NCBI RefSeq assembly: GCF_963921235.1
Contig: NC_086098.1
Span: 4,712,001 to 4,776,000, forward strand
Direction of reading: 5' to 3'
Source of the DNA: Mobula hypostoma
Lineage: Eukaryota
DNA length: 64,000 nucleotides
Shown one piece after another: positions 12,967 through 24,797 of this stretch. Numbering within the stretch: position 1 is the first letter of the stretch; every line of letters starts with the position of its first letter. The notes beneath the pieces are model-generated. The model worked only from the letters and a program-made list of their open reading frames with translations. It was not told where the DNA came from and made no database searches. A program made the position numbers and the translations under genes.

Positions 12967-14028
12967 TAAGTATTATTTGCCAGTCTATCTTATGTATTGG
13001 GTGATTAATATTCGTTATTTAAAATTTTGGACATGGAATTGGGATACAGATCTTAGTCCACAATGGGTTAATCTTGAATGTAATTCTGTTTCCGGATTTT
13101 TATTGGGTTCTATTTTAGGGACCCCACTTCCTTTTGACTTTCTTAAATTGGACAAACAAATGGATAACCCAATAGTTAAATATACTCTTCGAATATGGTT
13201 TCAGTTTCGAAAATTTTTTGGACTGAATCAATTTATTCGAACTAGCCCTATTATATCCAACTTTCTTTTTCAACCCTCTTTTTTGGATCAAGCATATATG
13301 GTCTGGAAAACAAAGGGTATAATACATTTTTCTGATTTATTTTCAGATAATTATTTTATGTCTTTTGAACAATTATCTCATAAATATAACTTACCTAGAT
13401 CACATTTCTTTAGATATTTACAGATTAGAAACTTTTTAAATACTGTTCTTACTACTTTCCGATTTCATATTCCACTGAAATATTGGAAAAAATTTTGGAT
13501 TTAAACCTTTTTCAGAAAGGTTCAATAGCAATTATTTATAATTTGATAAGGAAAATAAATCCAGATGTTTCCAATACAATTAACTTAAGCTTACCTTACC
13601 TATCGAGAAATGGCAAAAAAAATTCCCATTAGTTAATTCTTCCTCTATTTGTGCTAAACATGCCTTGATACAGTTTAAAGTTGTACATTTGGCTCATATG
13701 TCTAAGGATAAATTAGCTCGTTATTATTCTCACATAAACCCTGTATGTGATAGATGTCATTCTGAGATAGCCTCGTTAACTCATATGTTTTGGTCTTGCC
13801 ATTTATTGAAGAAATATTGGGACGATATTTTTGATATTATTTCCACTGTCTTGAACATTGATTTACCACCTCAACCTATTACTGCCATTTTTGGTTTACC
13901 AATGATTGAAAAACATCATTTAACCCCTTCAGTTTGTCAGATGATTGCTTTTGTTACTTTAATGGCTAGAAGATCTATACTATTGAATTGGAAAGAGATT
14001 AATCCTCCTACTACACTTCATTGGTTTT

Positions 14029-16008
14029 AGAACATAGAACATAGTACAGCACAGTACAGGCCCTTAGGCCCACAATGTTGTGCCAACCCTCAAACCCTGC
14101 CTCCCATATAAGCCCCCACCTTAAATTCCTCCATATACCTGTCTAGTAGTCTCTTAAACTTCACTAGTGTATCTTCCTCCACCACTGACTCAGCCAGCGT
14201 ATTCCACACACCAACCATTCTCTGAGTAAAAAACCTTCCTCTAATATCCCCCTTCAACTTCCCACCCCTTACCTTAAAGCCATGTCCACTTGTATTGAGC
14301 AGTGCTGCCCTGGGGAAGGGGCGCTGGCTGTCCACTCTATCTATTCCTCTTATTATCTTGCATACCTCTATCATGTCTCTTCTCATCCTCCTTCTCTCCA
14401 AAGAGTAAAGCCCTAGCTCCCTTAATCTCTGATCATAATGCATACTCTCTAAACCAGGCAGCATCCCGGTAAATCTCCTCTGTACCCTTTCCAATGCTTC
14501 CACATCCTTCTTATAGTGAGGTGACCAGAACTGGACACAGTACTCCAAGTGTGGCCTAACCAGAGTTTTATAGAGCTGCATCATTACATCGCGACTCTTA
14601 AACTCTATCCCTCGACTTATGAAAGCTAACAACCCGTAAGCTTTCTTAACTACCCTATCCACCTGTGAGGCAACTTTCAGGGATCTGTGGACATGTACCC
14701 CCAGATCCCTCTGCTCCTCCACACTACCAAGTATCCTGCCATTTACTTTGTACTCTGCCTTGGAGTTTGTCCTTCCAAAGTGTACCACCTCACACTTCTC
14801 TGGGTTGAACTCCATCTGCCACTTCTCAGCCCACTTCTGCATCCTATCAATGTCTCTCTGCAATCTTTGACAATCCTCTACACTATCTACAACACCACCA
14901 ACCTTTGTGTCATCTGCAAACTTGCCAACCCACCCTTCTATCCCCACATCCAGGTCGTTAATAAAAATCACGAAAAGTAGAGGTCCCAGAACTGATCCTT
15001 GTGGGACACCACTAGTCACAATCCTCCATTCTGAATGTACTCCCTCCACCACCACCCTCTGCCTTCTGCAGGCAAGCCAATTCTGAATCCACCTGGCCAA
15101 ACTTCCCTGGATCCCATGCCTTCTAACTTTCTGAATAAGCCTACCGTGTGGAACCTTGTCAAATGCCTTACTAAAATCCATATAGATCACATCCACTGCA
15201 CTACCCTCATCTATATGCCTGGTCACCTCCTCAAAGAACTCTATCAGGGTTGTTAGACATGATCGGCCCTTCTCAAAGCCATGCTGACTGTCCCTGATCA
15301 GACCATGATTCTCTAAATGTCTATAGATCCTATCTCTAAGCATCTTTTCCAACAGCTTTCCCACCACAGACGTAAGGCTCACTGGTCTATAATTACCCGG
15401 ACTATCCCTACTACCTTTTTTGAACAAGGGGACAACATTCGCCTCCCTCCAATCCTCCGGTACCATCCCCGTGGACAACGAGGACATAAAGATCCTAGCC
15501 AGAGGCTCAGCAATCTCTTCTCTCACCTCGTGGAGCAGCCTGGGGGATATTCCGTCAGGCTCCGGGGACTTATCTGTCCTAATGTATTTGAACAACTCCA
15601 ACACCTCCTCTCCCTTAATATCAACATGCTCCAGAACATCAGCCTCACTCATATTGTCCTCACCATCATCAAGTTCCCTCTCATTGGTGAATACCAAAGA
15701 GAAGCATTCATTGAGGACCTCGCTCACTTCCACAGCCTCCAGGCACATCTTCCCACCTTTATCTCTAATCGGTCCTACCTTCACTCCTGTCATCCTTTTT
15801 ATTCTTCACATAATTGAAGAATGCCTTGGGGTTTTCCTTTACCCTACTTGCCAAGGCCTTCTCATGCCCCCTTCTTGCTCTTCTCAGCCCCTTCTTAAGC
15901 TCCTTTCTTGCTTCCCTATATTCCTCAATAGACCCACCCTTGCTTCCTAAACCTCATGTATGCTGCCTTCTTCCACCTGACTAGATTTTCCACCTCACTT
16001 GTCACCCA
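14029..16008 (-). mobile_element. Young 5'-truncated CR1 LINE with open RT ORF (14090-15793)
   Basis: 567-aa ORF with YMDFSKAFDKV, GVPQGSVLGP and FADD. agaacatagaacatag tail. It interrupts the L1 ORF2 C-terminus (LHWF|..QTISCL). Confidence 0.95.
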
Positions 16009-17819
16009 TATAGTTTCCTCAAACTATATCTTGTTTAAATCTAGAAAAAATTAGAAGTGTAATTTTTGACCCATCTATTAAATTTGCTGAGACTTGGAGA
16101 CCATTTATTCAATACTTCCACATGATGTAATTTGACCCTTGCCAATCTATTTTGTGATTTCAATATTCGGGGAGAGGAGCGGGAATGGCGACACTATTGG
16201 TTCTATCTGAGATATCACAATAGCTCTTTTCTTTTTCTTTTCCTTAGTTTTCTTTTAGTTTAGGTAGATTTTTTTAGGGGATTTTTTTTCTTTTTCTGTT
16301 TTTTTATGATATTTTTGTATTTTATGTATACTCCTTATATATTTTGTTGCTGATCTGTGTGATTTTGGGATGTTTACTAACTATGTGTTACCTGACTGTA
16401 AACTTCAATAATTATTATCAATTAATACAATCCCAATTTCTCTGTACTTACTTTTTGTAATGTGTTTGTTGTTGAAACTAATAAAAAGATTGAAAAAGAA
16501 AGAATTTAGCACGTTCATTCATGACCTTGGGTGAAAAATCCTCAACAATCCTAATCTGACCCTTGTAATCAATCATTCCTCTTAGACGAGATTCATGAAT
16601 TAAACGTTCCTTTGTTTGAAATTCATGAAAACAAATTATAACTGATCTGGGTTTGGCTCCCAGTGGTGGTCTGGGCATGGGCGATCTATGAGTTCGATCG
16701 ATCATTGGCACAGACGGTAAGATTTTAGGAAATAATTGTACCAAAAAGCTTGCAAAGAATTCAGTAGGCTGATCACCTTCCATTAACTCTTCAGGACCTA
16801 GAATTCGTAGGTTATTTCTTCTGCTTCTGTTTTCTAAATCGATAATCTTCTGTCTTAATTTCTCATTAGATTTAGATTGCTTTTCACAGAGCTTTTGCAG
16901 GTCATCCATTCTTGTATCCAAAATTGTCGGAGTTTCTTCATTCTCTTCTATTCGTTTATCATGCTCAGTTAAGTTTTTTTGAATAGAATCCAATTTTGCG
17001 TCCATTAGTTTAAATTCAGATCTAAGTTGTTGGAACTCGTCAGAAGATTCTTTTCTGTGTTTTCAAAGCAAATCCATTATAGAATCCAAGCATGCAGGAG
17101 CGCCTTTTTCAGTACCTTTGGCACCCCTCGTACTCACAGTAAAAAATATCAGTTTAAAAGTGAGGATTCAAAACAGATTGGAAACAGTAAAGTAAGTGAG
17201 ATAGGAGCAACTGCAAGAAGCTGTTACTCCATTCACAACCAGCAGGGGAGTCCCCCAAAATGAGTGTTAAGCACAGAATACAAAATACCAAATCACAAAC
17301 AGCCCAGTTCAGCTCAGTTCAGTTCAATCCAGAACTGCGTCTCGCGCTATCTGCAGTCCGCCTGGATCAAAATCACATAAAACAACAAAAATGGAGCGAC
17401 CAGAAACCAGAAACACATCATCTTGTGAACTACAGAGTCCAATCCTCAAACCACATCGATTAAACGTTGCCCAAGTCCCATGGACTCCGGCACCAATGAG
17501 CGAGAAGAAGGGGGAGTGGGTTTGGGCTGAAATGTGTTTTGGATTCCATTCTCAAGGCCCAAACAATGTTGAAAACCAGTGCTTAAGAGTGAGTCAATCC
17601 CCAAACAGTCTGGGCAATGCAGAATCCTCATCTCCAAGGCAGTGTTGAGAATGGTTCAGCATTGTTCCGTCCTCAAAAATAGAACAGATTCCATTCCCTA
17701 ATGCTTACCTTCAATCGAAATGATGAACAGTCTCATTATATGAATTGGCATACTCTCAACAACAATATCCTTGCTGCTGCTCAGTTTGAGTTTCTTCCAG
17801 AATCAATTTGGCATCAGAG

Positions 17820-18352
17820 TTTGATGCTCTGATAACTTCACTCACCTCAACACTGAACTAACTGCACAACCTATGGACTCACGTTCAAGGATTCTACAAT
17901 TTATGTTCTCAGTATTATTAATATTATTTGACAATTTTTCTTCTTTTAAACATTTTTAATCAGCCTTTGTTATTTATGGTTTTTCATAAATTCTATTGTA
18001 TTTCTTTTTTCTCCTATAAATGCTTGCAAGAAAATGAATTTCAGGGTTGTACATATTGACATATATGTACCTGGATAATAAATTTACTTTGAACTTTGAA
18101 GTCTCGGTGAATCCAGGACATCTTCAAGGAGTGATGCCTCAAAAAGGCAGCATCCGTTATTAAGGACCTCTATCACCCAGGTCATGCCATCAGGAAGGAG
18201 GTACAGGAGCCTGAAGGCACACACTCAGCAATTCAGGAACAGCTTCTTTCCATCTGCCATCAGATTTCTGAATGGATATTGAATCCATGAACTCTATCCC
18301 ACTACAGTTTATTTCTATTCTTTACATTTATTTAATTTAACTAGCATATATT

Positions 18353-18426
<74 letters not shown>

Positions 18427-18540
18427 CTCACTGTAATTCACAATTTTTTTCTCTATCATTATGCATTGCATTGTACTGCTGCTGCAAAGATATCAAATTT
18501 CATGACAAATGCCGATGATGTTAAATCGGATTCTAATTCT
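17820..18540 (+). mobile_element. Two Rex1/Babar-like LINE 3' ends
   Basis: Tail actttgaactttga at about 18085-18099. A second piece caggacatcttcaagg...gattctaattct is homologous to 33840-34262. Confidence 0.6.
18347..18427. repeat. Compound (TA)n(TG)n(TA)n microsatellite
   Basis: Directly visible in the sequence. Confidence 0.95.
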
Positions 18541-19233
18541 CATATATGTCAGAGTAGGTTCAATCCTGGAAACTACTTTTTTAACAGCTACATTGGGTAT
18601 TGCAAACATATGCAATTTAAACCATTTGTAATCTTTACACTGGCCACTTTCTTATCGTTGAATCACAGTTTTATCTTTGATAATTCCACTTGGACTTTAC
18701 GTAGTAATAGAGTAGTGATCAATCAATATTTCTGAACCAGGCTAATATAGGGAGGAGGTGGGTTAAAGAAAAACTTCCATTGCGAGGAGACACAGATGTT
18801 CTTTGCAAGAATTCCACTCATTATTGCTCTGATGCCGGCACTCTAATGAGGATCATTAAGTTTAATTTCATCACAGTGTTGAGCGGAAATTTTAGGTTTG
18901 CAGTGATCACTGAGAATCACAGCTGTTTAGAAAGCCAGATTTCCAAAGCTACATATTCAGACATGGAATTCTCAACACCAGTCAGATTTTGTTTAAATAC
19001 AGAGCTCAGATTTGTTTTCTGTTCCATCATAGGACATTGTAAGCATTTATTTATTTATTTAGTTTGTGCCTGTGTTGAGATAAAGTATTAAAGCTATAAT
19101 AAGGTTTCGCTAAAATTGATTCATGAAGATTAGATGTGTAGCTGATTGATTAATTCATGTTTCAGTATCATTAATACATACATATTATAAAATTATCATT
19201 GTAACCTCGTTCGTATCTGACTACTTTTGAATC

Positions 19234-20092
19234 AAGTAAAGGATTCCCTAAGGTTGGTGGTGAGAAAGGCAAAGTGAAGGTTAGCATTCATTTCAAGATG
19301 ACTGGAATATAAGAGCAGGGATGTGATGCTGAGGCTTTATAAGGCATTGTTCAAACTGTACTTGGAGTGTTGCAGGCGGTTTTGTGTTGGGCATGTGGCC
19401 AAGTGGTTAAGGCGTTCGTCTAGTGATTTGAAGGTCACTAGTTCGAGCCTCAGCTGTGGCAGCGTGTTTGTGTCCTTGAGCAAGGCACTTAATCACACAT
19501 TGCTCTAGTCTGTGTGAGGAGTGGTGCCCCAGACAGACTTCCAATCTGTGCCTTGTAAGGCATGAAAATGCCCAACGCAGGCTTCTCATGGTCTGAGTCG
19601 ACGTTCCCCCCCCCCCCGCCCCCCCGGGACCCTTATCTGAGAACGGATATGTTGGCATTGGAGATAGTTCAGAGGAAGTTTACGAGAATGATCCCAGGAA
19701 TAAAGGGTTAATGTATATGGAGCGTTTGATGGCTCTGGGCCTGTACTGGCTGGAGATCAGGAGAATGAGGTGGGATCTCATTGAACCTAATGAATATTGA
19801 AAGATTTGGAGAGTGTGGATGTGGAGAGGATGTTTTCTACAGTGGGGAGTCTAGTACCAGAGGGCACAACTTCAAAATAGAAGGTCATTCCCTTAGAACA
19901 GAGATGAGGAGCAATTTCTTTAGTCAGAGGGTGGTGAATCTGTGGAATCCATTGCCACAGATAGCTGTTGAGGCTAAGTCATTGGGTGTATTTAAAGCGG
20001 AGTTTGGTAAGTTCTTGATTAGTCAGGTTGTCAAAGGTTCTGGTGAGAAGGCAGGGGAATGGCGTTGAGAAGGACAATAAATCAGTCCTGAT
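19234..20092 (+). mobile_element. Decayed CR1 3' fragment split by a SINE
   Basis: MLRLYKAL...LE and FFSQRVVNLWN CR1 C-terminal motifs. Confidence 0.8.
19389..19625 (+). mobile_element. tRNA-derived SINE with CORE-like domain and RTE-like tail
   Basis: A box tggccaagtgg (19396-19406), B box gttcgagcc (19441-19449) and CORE-like tgtgtccttgagcaaggcacttaa. The tail matches 1742-1777 and ends in poly-C. Confidence 0.75.
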
Positions 20093-21556
20093 CAAGTTCA
20101 AGTTCAAGTTTAATTATCATTCAACATACATGAACCTGTGAATACAGCCAAACAAAACAGTGTTACTCTGGGTCTAAGGTGTAAAACACAATACCAACAG
20201 TCATATACAGCGCAAGGCACATATACGATATCAGTAAAATACAGACACACAAAAAATATAGTCCATGAATGTTGCATCAGTGGGCAGTCGAACACAATAT
20301 GGCCTGTCTTCTGCCAAGCGAACATGAGGGGGTACCACAGTTCCAGCTTGGACAGCATACCACACCGACTCCAATGCCTCTCTCCTGAGTGGCTGTAAAC
20401 AGATGACATCGCGACTAGAGGTCTTGTCCTCTCTACGATCGAGGCCGTGCTGGCCCAGCTGTCCACCAACAAATCAACCAATGGGATTGGCAGCATTCCA
20501 CCTTAACAATGTCAAATAGGGTCTTGCGATCACTAGAGAAGCAACTAAGACAATCACTTGTTGTTAGAGCGTCTTTGCACTCCAATTCTGAAGCCTCACA
20601 AACACAGGCAGCATGACTGACACCAAGTCCAGTTCCTCCAACGAGCACCTCACTGAGGGGCTAGGCCTGTAAGTTCTTAACATCCAGCAGGGTCTTGTGA
20701 ACATAACAAAGACAATAACACCTTTGATTGGCCCCACAGAAGCCACTGCATCCAAGCACATCGCCATCTTCATGGAAAAGCAACAAGGAAAATAATGGAA
20801 TGGCGTGGAAGAGACTCATTGGGCTGAAAGGCAGCATTTAGTGGCAGATTTCGAAGCTCGACTGCATCCAACCTGTGAATGGGAGAATGAAAAGCAGTGG
20901 AGATTTCACTTATCCGTGGTTGAAGATTAAAAAAGGCAATTTTTGGAGTTGGACTGTGCCCAATCAGTAAACGGGACTCACTAGAAAGGGCGAGTAATAA
21001 TAATGCAGGGGCAAGCTGGGCATGTGAGAATTCTGGAAGACCTCTGGCCTCCTATATAACCACATCTGCAACAAGTGCATTGAGCTCAGCTCAACGGCCT
21101 TCGGCTCAGACGGGAGACTGAGGAAGTGATAGACGCTGTATGAACTACCAGGAGGTAGTCATCCTGAAGCTGCAGGATGCAGATAACTAGGTGAGAAGGA
21201 AGGGAAACGGACAATCATTGCAGAGTACCCCTGTGGCCGTTCCCCTCAATAATAACTATACTACTTTGGATACTGTTAATAGGGATGACCTACCTGGGGG
21301 GCTGGGGGGGGGGGCATGGTGACCAGATCCCTGGCTCTTAGTCGAGGTCAGAAGGGAAGAGTGGTGAAGAGGACTGCAGTAGTGACAGGAACTTCCATAG
21401 TCAGAGGAACAGAGACAAGATTCTGTGAAAGTGATAGAGACACCGGGATGATATGTTGTCTTCCAGGTGCAAGGGTCAGTGAGGTCTCAGCATTCTAAAG
21501 GGGCAGCCGCATGTCTTGGAACATATTGGCACCAATAACATACTGTATGTAGGAAA

Positions 21557-22294
21557 TAAGGTGCTTCTGGCTCTTGCTGACACACTAGAGCAGGAGAAAT
21601 GCAAGAAGAGGACGGCTGGCACAGATTTGAGGAAGGCCATCACCTTCACCTAGGCCTTTCATAACCAAACAACCAGAGCCCAATCTGGTGCTAATGGCCA
21701 GGTCCTGGGAGATGAGGGTCGATGTGGGAAGGAAGTTGCAGTTCCCGGATGTGGTGCACACAACCCTACGCCCAGACATTGTACTGTGGTCAACCAAAGA
21801 CAAGAAAATAATTCTGGTTGAGCTGACTGCACCGTGGGAGGAAGGATGGGAAGAGGCCCACGAGAGAAAGGCCTTGAAGTACCAGCCCTTAGTGCAGGAG
21901 TGTAAAGACAAAGGACGCCAGGCATGGTTGTTCCCTGTGGAGATCGGCTGCAGAGGCTTTCCAGCCAAATCAGCATGGTGGTTGTTGTCAGATCTGGGCC
22001 TGGACAAAAGGAGCAAAAAACAAGCAGCTCGTAGGATGGGGGAAGAGGCAGAATGAGCTTCTTGTTGGATTTGGAGTAGGCGAGAGGAGGGGAGCTGGAA
22101 GCCAGGAGCAGATGGGCAGTGATTTGGCCACCACTGCCGGCCCACCAACTGGAGAGTGTCGTGGTTAAGGGTTGAAACACTCGGTGAAGGTTGGGAACGA
22201 CCTGATGACATCTGCTCCAGGCTGAAGGCTACGGTTACCTTATGAGGTAACTGGAGAATGCACCCTAACAGGCGTATGTAACAAGTATGTGGGA
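21557..22294 (+). mobile_element. 5'-truncated HERO-like (restriction-like endonuclease) non-LTR retrotransposon
   Basis: ORF 21688-22056 contains LRPDIVLWS...VELTAPWEE...KALKY...PVEIGCRGF, a PD-(D/E)xK RLE of HERO type. The frame continues past a TGA to a stop at 22120-22122. Perfect 23-bp TSD aataacatactgtatgtaggaaa at 21534-21556 and 22295-22317. Confidence 0.85.
22105..22218 (+). ncRNA. Candidate permuted hammerhead-like ribozyme with kink-turn (copy B)
   Basis: GGAGCAGAUG, ggcagug..cacugcc, GGCCC, a, CCAACU, GGA, GAGUGU, C, GUGGUU, aa, GGGUU, GAA, ACACUC, GGUGAA, GGUUGG, g, AACGAC, CUGAUGA, CAUCUGCUCC. Predicted cut after GUC at 22160; activity untested. Confidence 0.6.
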
Positions 22295-22823
22295 AATAAC
22301 ATACTGTATGTAGGAAAGTTGGGGAGCTCCTGAAGAGGGATTCAGGGAGTTAGGTAGAAAGTTGAGAAGCAGATCTCCAGCCAGGGGAGTAATCTCTGGA
22401 TTGCTGCCCTTGCCATGCACCACCGGGGGTAAGTTTAGGGGCATTTGGCTGAGGAACTGGTGCAGGGGGCAGGGATTCAGATCTCTGGATCATTGGGAAT
22501 ATATGACCTGCACAAAAGGGATGAGTTATGCATAACCCAAGGGGGAACACATATCCCTGTGGGCAGGTTTGTTAGAACTGTTTGTGAGGGTTTAAACTAA
22601 TTTGGCAGGGTGGTGGAAGCAGGAATGATTGGGCTGAGGATAGAGTAATTGGTTTAGAAACAGATACAGTGTGTAGTCAGACTGCTAGCAAAGAGAGGCT
22701 GATGATCAGGCTAAATTACAGTCAACTGAATGAGTGGCAATGTAAAAGGGGGACAAAATCAAAAAGGGTGAACACAGGACTGAAGGTCTTATATTTGAAT
22801 TCACACAGTAGATGAACTTGTAG

Positions 22824-23885
22824 CATAGAAACCATAGAAACTACAGCACAGAAACAGGCCTTTTGGCCCTTCTTGGCTGTGCCGAACCATTTTCTGCCTA
22901 GTCCCACTGACCTGCACATGGACCATATCCCTCCATACACCTCCCATCCATGTATCTGTCCAATTTATTCTTAAATGTTAAAAAAGAACCCGCATTTACC
23001 ACCTCGTCTGGCAGCTCATTCCATACTCCCACCACTCTCTGTGTGAAGAAGCCCCCCCTAATGTTCCCTTTCAACTTTTCCCCCCTCACCCTTAGCCCAT
23101 GTCCTCTGGTTTTTTTCTCCCCTTGCCTCAGTGGAAAAAGCCTGCTTGCATTCACTCTATCTATACCCATCATAATTTTATATACCTCTATCAAATCTCC
23201 CCTCATTCTTCTAAGCTCCAGGGAATAAAGTCCTAACCTATTGAACCTTTCTCTGTAACTGAGTTTCTCAAGTCCGGCAACATCCTTGTAAACTTTCTCT
23301 GCGCTCTTTCAACCTTATTTATATCCTTCCTGTAATTTGGTGACCAAAACTGAACACAATGCTCCAGATTCGGCCTCACCAATGCCTGAAACAACCACAT
23401 CATAACATTCCAGCTCTTATACTCAATACTTTGATTAATAAAGGCCAATGTACCAAAAGCTCTCTTTACAACCCTATCTAACTGTGACGCCACTTTTAGG
23501 GAATTTTGTATTTGTATTCCCAGATCCCTCTGTTCCACTGCACTCCTCAGTGCCTTACCATTTACCCTGTATGTTCTACCTTGGTTTGTCCTTCCAACAT
23601 GCAATACCTCACACTTGTCAGTATTAAACTCCATCTGCCATTTTTCAGCCCATTTTTTCAGCTGGTCCAAGTCCCTCTGCAGGCTCTGAAAACTTTCCCC
23701 ACTGTCTACTACACCTCCAATCTTTGTATCATCAGCAAACTTGCTGATCCAATTTACCACATTATCATCCAGATCATTGATATAGATGACAAATAACAAT
23801 GGACCCAGCACTGATCCCTGTGGCACACCACTAGTCACAGGCCTCCACTCGGAGAAGCAATTCTCTACTACCACTCTTTGGCTTC
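22824..23885 (-). mobile_element. Young CR1 3' fragment (same subfamily as 51544-54172 and 58249-59880)
   Basis: RT ORF 23233-23874 is nearly identical to those copies. catagaaaccatagaaac tail. Confidence 0.92.
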
Positions 23886-24797
23886 ATAGTTACAGATTGG
23901 CATGTATAACGTTGTTGACATCACAGAATTGTGGCTGAAAGAGGACTACAGCTGGGAGCTTAATGTCCAAGGATACTCATTGTTTCGAAAGGACAGGCAA
24001 GTAAGCAAAGGGGGTGGGGTGGCCCTGTTGGTAAAAAATTAAATTGATCGTTAGAAAGAGGTGACATAGGATGCAATTGTGTAGACTCCTTGTGGGTAGA
24101 GCTGAGAAACTGCAAAGGGAAAAAAAGATCCTGATGGGGGTTATATACAGACCCTCAAACAGAAGTAAAATGTGTATCAAAAAGGCAATGTTATGATAGT
24201 CATGGGGGATTTCAGTATACAGGAAGATTGGGACAATCAGGTTGATGCTGGATCACAAGAGAAAGAATGTACATGGAGCTTAGAAAAATCAAGGACTATG
24301 GGTAAACCCAGGTAATTTCTAGAGTAAGTACATGTTCAGCACCACATTGTGGGCCGAAGGGCCTGTATTGTGCTATAGGTTTTTTTTCTGATTTGTAGAA
24401 TGCCTGTGAGATGGCATTTTAGAGCAGTTCATGGCTCAGCCCACTAGGGATCAGGTATTCTGGATTAGGTGCTGTGCAATGAACCGGAATTGATTAGAGA
24501 GCTTAAGGTAAAGGACCAGTGATCATGGTAGATTTCACCCTGCAACTTGAGAAGCAGATGTTTCAGTATTACAGTGGAGTAAAGGGAATTGCAGAGGCAT
24601 GAGAGAGGAGCTGGCCAAAATTGACTTGAAGGGAAAGGATGATGGTAGAGCAGCATTGGCAGGAGTTTCTGGGGGGAATTCAGAAGGCACAGGTCAAATA
24701 TGTACCGAAGAAGAAGTAGTCTTCCAAAGTCAGGATGATGCAATCGTGGCTGACAGGAGAAGTCAAAGCCAACATAAAAGCCAAAGAGAGGCCATAG

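Larger units (their letters stand above)
6706..16501 (+). mobile_element. Second decayed L1-clade LINE with both termini, inserted in ORF1 of the first
   Basis: 16-bp TSD gaatttagcatgctca (6690-6705) / gaatttagcacgttca (16502-16517), 2 mismatches. 5' end reads ggg...agatggcg. ORF1 at about 6833-7680. ORF2 runs from ATG 8470 to about 16130 (SWN endonuclease start, LDAEKAFDRVEW, CDRC...HMFWSC). aataaa and an A-rich tail lie at 16480-16501. Confidence 0.9.
1401..17256 (-). mobile_element. Full-length decayed L1-clade LINE, split by nested insertions
   Basis: 12-bp TSD aaaatgagtgtt at 1389-1400 and 17257-17268. ORF1 pieces at 16505-17005 (ENRSRRNNLRILG) and 6492-6700. Endonuclease/RT pieces at about 1800-4290 and 5903-6010 (GTRQGCPLSPLLF, LYADD). 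Minus-strand polyA signal near 1414-1419. Confidence 0.9.

Noticed and set aside
10880..15793. Long open RT ORFs as host genes or active elements
   Set aside because: Both are 5'-truncated CR1 copies lacking ORF1 and the endonuclease, so they cannot be autonomous.
17700..17805. Strong minus-strand donor AG|gtaagc with a short open frame
   Set aside because: There is an in-frame stop just upstream, no clear acceptor and no recognisable protein.
19389..19460. tRNA-like sequence with A and B boxes
   Set aside because: It continues into a CORE-like body and LINE-type tail and sits inside a CR1, so it is a SINE head rather than a tRNA gene.
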